Assembly (NCBI GenBank): GCA_964441885.1
Contig: CAYTVX010000001.1
Span: 6,559 to 44,032, forward strand
Reading direction: 5' to 3'
Length of the DNA stretch: 37,474 nucleotides
Source of the DNA: an uncultured Candidatus Saccharibacteria bacterium
GTDB lineage: Bacteria; Patescibacteriota; Minisyncoccia; Phycocordibacterales; CALRHW01
Made by a program: the position numbers and the translations under genes. The number at the start of each line of letters is the position of its first letter. Position 1 is the first letter of the stretch. Positions 17,961 through 26,592 of the stretch are shown piece by piece. Under the pieces are notes generated by a model that was not told the origin of the DNA, ran no database searches, and saw only the letters and a list, made by a program, of their open reading frames with translations.

Positions 17961-19299
17961 AGATGTGTGAAATCATAGCAGTGAAAAAGAGGAAAATCAA
18001 TGGATTGAGCATGTAGCGATGCCGAGCTTCTACACCCAAAGTTGTTGATAATATCGTCACGCAAAAATACAGTAATGCAAGAAAAAACACAAATGCTGTA
18101 ATATTTTTTCTATAAAACCAAGCGCCAACGATAGAACCCAATACGACAATTACCCAAAATATTTTTCCCAACAAAGCCAAAAAGAAATATGGATTAATAA
18201 TTACAGACATGATTTCTGAAATTCCTGCCAAAAATCCATTCTGTGCAAAATACAAAGAAAAAGACACATTCTTGGGAACATCAATCACATTATATTTAGA
18301 CAAAAGATAATGGTAATTTCCTGAAAATAAAAAAGTGTTCAATCCCAAAAAATATGATTTCAGATAAGCAGTTGGATGTGCAAATATTATTTCCTTTGAT
18401 TTATGGTTTAAATACTCTTCATTTTTAAAACTTGATGGGTTTTTATGATCTGGTGCATTTTTCTTCAATTCGCTAGCTAGAAACTCCATAGAGTGCTGAA
18501 GTGTATCACCGGTGGCAAGAGACATCGTAGAAGCTGCACTATAAACATAAAGATTGTATGCTCCAGCTGACACAAACCCCACTTCATTAAAAGCAACATA
18601 ATTGCGCACATACCAAGGCATCATAACCAGTACAACACCTACAACACACAAAGCCAAATGCCAAGATTTTCTTATTGGTATTTTTTTAAAAAACATAAAC
18701 AAAGGAAAAGACAATAAAACAGCAATTAAAAAATAAAGACCTGCTGGACGAAAATAATTGCTAACACCAATGAATACTCCCGCCCATATAGCATATTTCA
18801 GATTTTGATTTATTAACCACTTCATTAAAAAGAACAGCCCTAACATAAAAAAAATAGAAAAAAATAAATCTGGCATAAGAACAACACTATAAAAAATCTG
18901 TATGGGTTCAAAAATTACGAGGCATGCTGCAAAAAAAGAAAAACGATCTGACAAATAGATAAACTTTTTTGCTAAAAAATATATAAAAACTGGCACAAAA
19001 GAAGCCACAATAATCTGCAGTACAGACCCAAACCAAAAAGGTAAAGAAAACCAGCCAAGAAGGAGGAAAAATATTGGGTATCCAGGACCACGAAAAGCCT
19101 CGGTTACACCATTTATTGCATACTCATGGTGAGCAAGTAAGCTATCGCCAAGATATTTATAATCAATCGAGTCTTCCAATAAAAGAGAACTTTGGCCTCC
19201 ATGTGCGAGTAAGGCCACCAACAAAATTAATCGAACAAAAATACTTAAGAAGAAAATAACATAGATAACTTTTGGAATTTTTATAAAAAAATCTTTCAT
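17926..19299 (-). CDS. polytopic membrane glycosyltransferase, GT39/ArnT/PMT_2-like
   Basis: 457 aa with about 11 TM helices. An early loop 'LLEDSIDYKYLGDSLLAHHEY' resembles the acidic first loop of GT-C enzymes. Its position next to a GtrB-like GT2 is the classic donor/transferase pairing. Confidence 0.65.
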   Translation of the reverse strand: MKDFFIKIPKVIYVIFFLSIFVRLILLVALLAHGGQSSLLLEDSIDYKYLGDSLLAHHEYAINGVTEAFRGPGYPIFFLLLGWFSLPFWFGSVLQIIVASFVPVFIYFLAKKFIYLSDRFSFFAACLVIFEPIQIFYSVVLMPDLFFSIFFMLGLFFLMKWLINQNLKYAIWAGVFIGVSNYFRPAGLYFLIAVLLSFPLFMFFKKIPIRKSWHLALCVVGVVLVMMPWYVRNYVAFNEVGFVSAGAYNLYVYSAASTMSLATGDTLQHSMEFLASELKKNAPDHKNPSSFKNEEYLNHKSKEIIFAHPTAYLKSYFLGLNTFLFSGNYHYLLSKYNVIDVPKNVSFSLYFAQNGFLAGISEIMSVIINPYFFLALLGKIFWVIVVLGSIVGAWFYRKNITAFVFFLALLYFCVTILSTTLGVEARHRYMLNPLIFLFFTAMISHIYDRFVRCRTRI

Positions 19300-19307
19300 A
19301 AAATACT

Positions 19308-21077
19308 TTACCTTGCATTCAAATGATAATTTTTATAAAAATATGAATTTTCATCTTTTAAAAGATCCTGTGGGTCACCCTCTTCTACAACCCTACCGCC
19401 ATCTAAAACTATCAATTTATCAACATCAGCTACGGTCGATAATCTATGCGCAATAATCAACACGGTTATTTTCCCATGTAATTCCTTAATCGCTTTTTGT
19501 ATTGCCAATTCTGACTCATTGTCCAAAGCACTAGTGGCCTCATCTAAAATCAAAATCTCTGGCTTTCTAAGCATGACTCTAGCCAAAACAATTCTCTGCC
19601 TTTGTCCCACCGACAACATTACTCCACGATCACCAACAACCGTAGAAAAACCATCAGGCAAAGATTGAATGAAATCAAAAATATATGCTTGCTTTGCAGC
19701 AAACGCTACATCTTCATCACTTGCGTCTGAATAAAATCTTATATTTTCTTCGATGGAAGCATTCAAAAGGAAGATATCCTGAGAAACATACCCAAGCCTC
19801 TCTCTCCACTCTCTCATATTTACATCTTTTATATTTACACCATCAAGTTCAATAGAACCCTCTGTAGGATCAAACAACCTTAAAACCAAATCGGCGATTG
19901 AGGTCTTTCCTGCACCAGATTGCCCCGTAAGTCCAATAGTATCCCCTTTTTGTATATTCAAATTAAAATCAGATATGATTGATGCAGAATCCTTACTATA
20001 CTTAAAACCAACACCGTCAAAGACGAGATTCTTTTTAAAAGAAAAACTTACATCATTTTTTCCTTCAGATTCTACTTCTTTGGAAAGTTTTTCGCCAAAA
20101 GATCTAATGTGTTCTGAATAAGGAACTAACTCATTTATTGAATGTATAGAAGACTGTGTTGAACCCAAATAAATAAATATTTTCTGTATTAAATATAGTG
20201 TGGCAGCAAAAACCAACAAACTAAAACCTGGCGCGCGATAAGAGAAAGAGAAAACAACGACAATAAATATTAGACCAAAAGGCTGTATAAAAATTGTCCC
20301 CAAAGAACTGACGAAAATATTTTTAAAAGCCAGCCTCCTGAGGGAATGTATCAACAAAAGACCTTTATTAAATACCGACGATTCTTTACCACTAGATTTG
20401 ACCGCCTTCATTCCAATAATGTGTTCGTTTATATGCTGAGACAAAATTTTTTCAGTGACAGAGGTTTCCTGACCAATCATCTGAGAACGTCTCACTAGCG
20501 GACGGAAAACAAAGACCAAAAAAACACCAGCAAGCATCGTAAAAAATGTAATTTTGGGAGAAATATTTACGGCGACGATAAGATATATCAAAAAACCCGT
20601 AGATGATTGAACAAATTGAATAATAACGTCAAACAAATTACCTGTTCTCTGCACATCCCTCATTATGGTATTCTGCAAATAACCTATTTTTTGACGTAAC
20701 AAAAATGACCAGTTGGCCTTGAGTACACCAGAAAAAAGCTTTTCAGTCTCCTTACTTATAAAATTTGCATTTGCTCTAGCTCTAACAAGATTAAACAGCA
20801 TCATTACGACAGCTCTCAATAAAAACATACCGACCATCAAAAAAATAAGTGCTCTAAATTTAAATGTAATATTAAAATGACCAAAGGTAGACGCAATTAT
20901 TTTAGTTATAAGGTTGGGCGCTTCATCTCCTCCCATTAAAAAAGATAGAGCGGGAATAATAATGTTTATACCAACACCCTCAAGTAACGCACTAAAAAAA
21001 CCCAAAAATGCCAAAAATAAAATCTGCCAGGCATATTGTCCAAAGGTTTTTTTCAATATAGAAATTGTTTTAAACAT
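19308..21077 (-). CDS. ABC exporter, fused permease/ATPase (MsbA/type-1 exporter-like)
   Basis: Six N-terminal TM helices, Walker A 'GQSGAGKTS', signature 'LSVGQRQR' and Walker B 'ILILDEATSALD'. Confidence 0.93.
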   Translation of the reverse strand: MFKTISILKKTFGQYAWQILFLAFLGFFSALLEGVGINIIIPALSFLMGGDEAPNLITKIIASTFGHFNITFKFRALIFLMVGMFLLRAVVMMLFNLVRARANANFISKETEKLFSGVLKANWSFLLRQKIGYLQNTIMRDVQRTGNLFDVIIQFVQSSTGFLIYLIVAVNISPKITFFTMLAGVFLVFVFRPLVRRSQMIGQETSVTEKILSQHINEHIIGMKAVKSSGKESSVFNKGLLLIHSLRRLAFKNIFVSSLGTIFIQPFGLIFIVVVFSFSYRAPGFSLLVFAATLYLIQKIFIYLGSTQSSIHSINELVPYSEHIRSFGEKLSKEVESEGKNDVSFSFKKNLVFDGVGFKYSKDSASIISDFNLNIQKGDTIGLTGQSGAGKTSIADLVLRLFDPTEGSIELDGVNIKDVNMREWRERLGYVSQDIFLLNASIEENIRFYSDASDEDVAFAAKQAYIFDFIQSLPDGFSTVVGDRGVMLSVGQRQRIVLARVMLRKPEILILDEATSALDNESELAIQKAIKELHGKITVLIIAHRLSTVADVDKLIVLDGGRVVEEGDPQDLLKDENSYFYKNYHLNAR

Positions 21078-21079
21078 CT

Positions 21080-22225
21080 TTATTTTCCTATGTTAATAAA
21101 ATCTAAAATTCTACACGCGCGTTTTTCCCAAGTATGCACTGTCACCCTTTCCTTGGCCAACTCTGATACTTTACCACCAAGACTAGTATTTCCCAACACA
21201 CATAAAATAGAATCGGCCAACGATCGAGCATTATCTGGCTCAAAAAGCACAGCGGTATCATCACCAGTAATCTGCCTAATAGACGGTAAATCAGAAGCTA
21301 CAATAGGTCTACCGCTTGCCATATACTCAAAAAGCTTCATTGGTGAGGTATAAAAAGCAGAAATTTTTTCTTTTGCTGTATTTGGTAAAACTAAAACATC
21401 AGCAGCAGCTTGCCAATATGGAATTTCGGTATGAGGACGATGACCAATAACTCTAACCGATTCAATATCTCCGTATTTTTTTACAAATTGTTCACAATCG
21501 TCTTTTGTTCCGCCAACAAAATAAATGACGGTGTTTGGTAAAAAACGTGCAGCCTCTGCGAGAGTATCTACACCCTTCCAACCATACAGATGCCCCGTAT
21601 ACAATACGATTGGTTTTTCATCAGACAAAGACAGCTCTGCTCTTGCCTCTTTTTTTGATATTACTCTTCCAAAAGACTCCAGCTCCACAGCGTTTGATTC
21701 TACCAAAATTTTCTGACTATCAAGACCGAAAAGTTCTTTAAGTTTGTCTTTCTTCCATTGGTTAGTAGACAAAATCCACGTCATTCTTTGTAGCATTTTT
21801 TTATAGAAAAAAAGACTTTTCTCGGGAAAATCATGCACTTCATAAAAGCTTGGAGTAAAAGTTAGCGAAGCTGAAAAAAGTGGGACTATCGCATTAGAAT
21901 ATGCGATATCTCCAGATTTGCGAAAAAATAAAAGATAAAAGAAAACAGATACAGAAAAAGAAACCAGCATTACCCTAAATGCTATAAATGAGAAAAACGG
22001 CACCCAAAACAAATCTATTACTGGTAAAAATTTAACTGAAAATTTACTATCTATTTTATAATAGTCTCTGTAACTATTTTTTGTCCGACCAACGCGCCGG
22101 GGCGCCAAAAAGATAATCTCATGTCCAAGCTTTACAAATGCCTCACAGCTTTTTGCTGCAAAAAGTGAAGCTGCTTTTTCACTTGGGAAACGACCCTCAA
22201 AAATGTAGAAAATTTTACTTTTCAT
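21080..22225 (-). CDS. GT4-like (GT-B fold) glycosyltransferase
   Basis: 381 aa with a C-terminal 'SPMKLFEYMASGRPIVASDLPS' EX7E-type motif. Confidence 0.8.
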   Translation of the reverse strand: MKSKIFYIFEGRFPSEKAASLFAAKSCEAFVKLGHEIIFLAPRRVGRTKNSYRDYYKIDSKFSVKFLPVIDLFWVPFFSFIAFRVMLVSFSVSVFFYLLFFRKSGDIAYSNAIVPLFSASLTFTPSFYEVHDFPEKSLFFYKKMLQRMTWILSTNQWKKDKLKELFGLDSQKILVESNAVELESFGRVISKKEARAELSLSDEKPIVLYTGHLYGWKGVDTLAEAARFLPNTVIYFVGGTKDDCEQFVKKYGDIESVRVIGHRPHTEIPYWQAAADVLVLPNTAKEKISAFYTSPMKLFEYMASGRPIVASDLPSIRQITGDDTAVLFEPDNARSLADSILCVLGNTSLGGKVSELAKERVTVHTWEKRACRILDFINIGK

Positions 22226-22231
22226 ATTAAA

Positions 22232-23257
22232 CTAAGACATTACTTCAGATAACCGACTCATTAAAAAATCCAAACTATTTTTCTTAGAAAATACCTGCAA
22301 ACTACGTAAAACCTCCTCTCTGTTATTCAGATTAAATATTTTTTCTAAACCTTCACATATTTCCTCTTTTGAAAAACCCACAAAACACTCTTTGGGCAAA
22401 GATCCAGACAAAGAGGTGTTTGATACAAGGGGTATAGTGCCACAACCCGCAGACTCAACAATAGTCTTATCAAAGGAACCGCTTTCTGTGAGATTCAAAC
22501 ACACCTCAAAAGAGCTGTAAATACTCGGAAGCTCTTTCTGATTTAGTGAGCCATTAAAAGAGACCAAACGACCAAGATCATTCTGTGACACATACTTCTT
22601 AATTTTATCAAAATAAATTAAATCTTCTTTAAGAACTGGACCGAAAACTCCTAAATAAAATTCCTTACCATCGTCTAAACTTTTTTTTACAGCTTCAACG
22701 GCCTCAAATACATGTTTTACAGGACTCACGCGGCCCACCATACAGACATGACGAAGTCTCCTCTCCACCTCACCATCTGAAATAAAAACGCTTGTGTCTA
22801 CACCCGCCGGCATAAGAATACTTTTTTTAAATCTAGCAGTAAAAGATTGTGATGATGTACAAAACACTCTATTAGATAAAACCACGGCGATTCTTGTTAA
22901 AAAATTTCCGTAAGAATGATTGCGCCAAAAATAAACTGGGGTTTTCAATATCCTCCAAAATACTCCTGCCAACAAAACATATTCCTGATTCATGTGCACA
23001 AAAACACTCTGATAGTTTTTACGTTCTTGCCAAATATATTTATAAAAACGCAAAACATAAGTGAACTTTGAAACACCTTCTTCTTTACCAAGAGAAAGAA
23101 CTTTTACATTTTTTGGCAATGAATAATTCCCTCTCCATAAACAAACCACAATCACACTGTCGTATTGTTTTGCAAACTCATTTATCCATTCATGAAAAAA
23201 ACCCAAAACAGAGTCATTCTTATCTACTTTTTGTGTAACGATTAAAAGATTCTTCAT
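22232..23257 (-). CDS. GT-B fold glycosyltransferase (GT4-like)
   Basis: 341 aa. The N-terminus 'LLIVTQKVDKNDSVLGFFHEWINEFAK' is a pattern I recognise from CPR/archaeal glycosyltransferases. The C-terminus has 'SGSFDKTIVESAGCGTIPLVSN'. Confidence 0.7.
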   Translation of the reverse strand: MKNLLIVTQKVDKNDSVLGFFHEWINEFAKQYDSVIVVCLWRGNYSLPKNVKVLSLGKEEGVSKFTYVLRFYKYIWQERKNYQSVFVHMNQEYVLLAGVFWRILKTPVYFWRNHSYGNFLTRIAVVLSNRVFCTSSQSFTARFKKSILMPAGVDTSVFISDGEVERRLRHVCMVGRVSPVKHVFEAVEAVKKSLDDGKEFYLGVFGPVLKEDLIYFDKIKKYVSQNDLGRLVSFNGSLNQKELPSIYSSFEVCLNLTESGSFDKTIVESAGCGTIPLVSNTSLSGSLPKECFVGFSKEEICEGLEKIFNLNNREEVLRSLQVFSKKNSLDFLMSRLSEVMS

Positions 23258-24405
23258 ATTTTTCTACTCATTTGCGCTGATTCAATTGAGGCTTTGTATT
23301 TTTCTAAATACTCTTTTTTAGAAGGACAAGTAACCAACGGCAAACGCAGAAAAGCCTCATGGGTAAAAGTTTCTCGCAAACCACTATTTTCTATAAATTT
23401 TTTCACTTTTTCAAATAAACATTTACTGTCTCCCACAGGACACACAAAAGAATCTCCATCTTTTAGCACCTCGGAAGCAATGCCTACATCTGTTGAAATG
23501 GTTGGGCAATGAGCACTTAAAGCTTCCACCACGGTCATACTATAGCCCTCATAATCTGAAGTAACTAGAAATAGGTTTGCTGTTTTATAATAAGAAATAA
23601 GGTCTCCGCGCCAAGCCTCAAACACAACATTTCTAGTTAAATTATGATCCTCTACAAATGACTTAAGAGACTCCTCTTCTAGTCCTTCTCCTACCACGAT
23701 TAGACCGACCCTTGGATATTGCTTCACCAACTTCGTCATAACATTTAGAGCAAGGAAAATATTTTTCTCCTTGGTCAAACGCGATGCCATTAAAATTACA
23801 AAGTTAAATTGAGGATATTTTTTCTTTAAATCAATGGTCACTGATGTATTTTGAATTTTTTCCACATCTACAAAAATAGGTAAAATCGTTGGAGATTTCA
23901 GAATTATTTTACTATCAAACAAAGAATCTGCTATGCGTTTTGATACTGCTCGCACTGCATCAGCCTGCTTAAAAACTTTTTTTGCAAGACGAATACGAAT
24001 ACGATTTAAAACTGAAGAACTGGAAAAAAATGGACTAAGTAAATCTGTGTGAATTTGTATATGAAGTGGAATATTAAACTTCTTCTTTAATTTCATCCCC
24101 ACAAGACCGGTCTCAAATGGATCCTGACAAGTAACCACAGTATCTTCCATAGAGAGTTTCCTCTCACGCACGATGCGTGAAGAAATAAGTAGCGCATCAC
24201 GAATATATAAAAGCTTAAACAAAGAATTGGTAGGATAAATCCACACATTTTCTGATACCTGTTCTTTTTTATTTACGAGGGCTCGCCGTGAAAACACCAC
24301 AATATGTAGTTCATCAAAAAGTGTACCGTATTCAATAACACGCGCACGAATAGCGCTATCTTGCTTAAATATACTTCTATCTGTACCAATGCTTATAATT
24401 TTCAT
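23254..24405 (-). CDS. GT4 glycosyltransferase
   Basis: 'SDYEGYSMTVVEALSAHCPTISTDVG' is an EX7E motif. An ATGA overlap joins it to the downstream gene. Confidence 0.85.
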   Translation of the reverse strand: MKIISIGTDRSIFKQDSAIRARVIEYGTLFDELHIVVFSRRALVNKKEQVSENVWIYPTNSLFKLLYIRDALLISSRIVRERKLSMEDTVVTCQDPFETGLVGMKLKKKFNIPLHIQIHTDLLSPFFSSSSVLNRIRIRLAKKVFKQADAVRAVSKRIADSLFDSKIILKSPTILPIFVDVEKIQNTSVTIDLKKKYPQFNFVILMASRLTKEKNIFLALNVMTKLVKQYPRVGLIVVGEGLEEESLKSFVEDHNLTRNVVFEAWRGDLISYYKTANLFLVTSDYEGYSMTVVEALSAHCPTISTDVGIASEVLKDGDSFVCPVGDSKCLFEKVKKFIENSGLRETFTHEAFLRLPLVTCPSKKEYLEKYKASIESAQMSRKI

Positions 24406-25397
24406 ATATTTAAAAATTCTTTTGCAATATCGCTTACAGTATGAGTAAATGAAAAATTGGCGACCTTTTGTTTGTATTCTTGGTAATGTTCGTCATCGGC
24501 AAGAAAAAGAATTTTGTTTTTAATATCTTCTTCGTTTAGCGGATCTATAAAAAGTGAGATATCTTTTATTCTATCCCCAATGCCGTTTTCTTTTGTGACA
24601 ATACATGGCTTACCAAAAGATATAGCGTCCAAAACAAAGTTTGGACTTATATCTGTAATAGAAGGCAAAATGACTACATAACATTCTTTCATTTTCTCCA
24701 ACAAATCATTTTTGGGTATATCTGTAAGTAAAGAAAGATTGAGTGACGAATCTTTTTTCTGCGCTTCCGCAAAAGCTCGTTTAAGAGCCTCTACATTTTT
24801 CAGCTTTATATTTCTACCAGCCCATAGATAAGTTTTTGATTTTGCCTCAAAATTACCCACGACTGATTTGTACTCATTTTCAATAATGAGCTTCTTTTGC
24901 TTTTTTAGACCATAAGCATCATCAAAAATATCTCTTTGCCACTTTGTACTAAATACCACAGCGCTTGCATTTTCAAGTGTAAATCTTGTAACCAAAAAAA
25001 TAATCCTTTCTTTTAAATTCAATTTCTTCAAACTGGTCTTGTAAAAATCTTTAAATAAAACCAGATCTCCAGTACGCTCTACATAAGACTCCCAAAGAAA
25101 ATCCCCACCTGTACGAATAATAATTTTTTTACGTAAAATATTTGCAGCACATACTGCCGGCCAACCCACAGAAAAAGTATCTAGAGCAACCACAAGATCC
25201 ACTCCCCATAGGCTAAAAAGTGTGCGCAAAAAGAAAAGCTTGTGGCGAATGAGTGTGGGTAGTTTACGTTCCAGGTTGTATGTGAGTATTTTTACACTAT
25301 TTCCAGCACCACGAAACTCATCCTCAATCTGTTTTGCATACTGCGCCGGACCACCCACTTGTGGCGGATAAATGCCTGTGCATATGAGTATCTTCAT
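24402..25397 (-). CDS. GT-B fold glycosyltransferase (GT4-like)
   Basis: 'MKILICTGIYPPQVGGPAQYA' is a glycine-rich N-terminal GT-B motif. An ATGA overlap joins it to the downstream gene. Confidence 0.75.
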   Translation of the reverse strand: MKILICTGIYPPQVGGPAQYAKQIEDEFRGAGNSVKILTYNLERKLPTLIRHKLFFLRTLFSLWGVDLVVALDTFSVGWPAVCAANILRKKIIIRTGGDFLWESYVERTGDLVLFKDFYKTSLKKLNLKERIIFLVTRFTLENASAVVFSTKWQRDIFDDAYGLKKQKKLIIENEYKSVVGNFEAKSKTYLWAGRNIKLKNVEALKRAFAEAQKKDSSLNLSLLTDIPKNDLLEKMKECYVVILPSITDISPNFVLDAISFGKPCIVTKENGIGDRIKDISLFIDPLNEEDIKNKILFLADDEHYQEYKQKVANFSFTHTVSDIAKEFLNI

Positions 25398-25406
25398 GTA
25401 TATACC

Positions 25407-26588
25407 CTAGCAGATTTTAGTAAAAACACTATCCTTCATTTGCTTGGTGATATGATCCCAATCGTAATCTTTAGCAACCATTTTTGAGGCGTTTAAAACT
25501 ATCTTTTGACGAAGTTCTGGGTTATCTAAAAGTTTATGTACACTTTTTGCAATACTCTCTGGATTATTTACCTCACAAAATAGACCCGTCTCATTTTCTT
25601 TAAGAAAATCTGGGATACCGCCAACACTGGTAGCAATTACAGGAATACCCGCCGCCATAGCTTCTATAAAAGAAATACCCATACCCTCAGAAAGTGATGG
25701 TCTTATAAATATGTCAGAAATTTTTAAATACTTTGGCGTGTCTTTATTGTCCACGAACCCCGCAAAGATAACGCGCTTTTCTAGACCCAAATCACTCACA
25801 AGTTTTTTTAAACTTTCCTCAAGTGGCCCAATTCCGAGAATCAAAAATTTAATATTTTCTGGCAAAAGTACGAGTGCAGAAATAACATCTGCAACTCCGT
25901 TTTTAACAACGAGCCGTGAAGTGGTAACGAGAAAAATGTCTCCCTCCTCTTTATGAAATTGCCAACGCAAGGCGCCGAGCTCTTGCTCACCATATTCGTG
26001 GGTAAAAAAAGAAACATCTACGCCGTTTGGAACAAGTACGGTTTCGCCTTTGTAACCCATATCTCTAGCAAATTTCCCCAAATAGTTAGAAATTACCTGA
26101 ATCAACGAGGCTTTTTTGAAAATCATTTTATAAAAATGATACACGAGCCGAATACGTAGACGACTGGTGATATGCGATATTGTGTCCCCCTCTTGAAGAG
26201 TCAGAATTATTGGTACACGTTTAAACCAAGAAAAGAAAAGTGCCGGGAATCCCATGTATGACATCATCGACCACTGTGCGTCATATTTTCTAATTCGGTG
26301 AAGAGAAAGACCTTTAAAGGAGGCTGTGAACGGAAAAAATACTTTATTTAGATACATAGGAAAACTAACCAAGTCCGTCATCGTTGGATTACTTTTTGTA
26401 AAACCGATTCTATAGACATTAATGTTTCCTATTCTTTCAAATTTTGGTAACTTCTTGTCAAAACGTAAAGTAATCAAATCAAACTCTACTTCACTTACAG
26501 CGATTCTGTCTGTGATTTCTTTTATAGCAATTTCGGCTCCGCCTATAAACGGGTGGTATGCTATTGAATAAATAAGAATTTTTTTCAT
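25407..26588 (-). CDS. GT4 glycosyltransferase
   Basis: 'MKKILIYSIAYHPFIGGAEIA' and 'PSLSEGMGISFIEAMAAGIPVIATSVGGIPDF'. The start was placed at the ATG at 26588; the track ORF reaches 26720 and would overlap the upstream gene by 128 nt. Confidence 0.88.
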   Translation of the reverse strand: MKKILIYSIAYHPFIGGAEIAIKEITDRIAVSEVEFDLITLRFDKKLPKFERIGNINVYRIGFTKSNPTMTDLVSFPMYLNKVFFPFTASFKGLSLHRIRKYDAQWSMMSYMGFPALFFSWFKRVPIILTLQEGDTISHITSRLRIRLVYHFYKMIFKKASLIQVISNYLGKFARDMGYKGETVLVPNGVDVSFFTHEYGEQELGALRWQFHKEEGDIFLVTTSRLVVKNGVADVISALVLLPENIKFLILGIGPLEESLKKLVSDLGLEKRVIFAGFVDNKDTPKYLKISDIFIRPSLSEGMGISFIEAMAAGIPVIATSVGGIPDFLKENETGLFCEVNNPESIAKSVHKLLDNPELRQKIVLNASKMVAKDYDWDHITKQMKDSVFTKIC

Positions 26589-26592
26589 AAAA

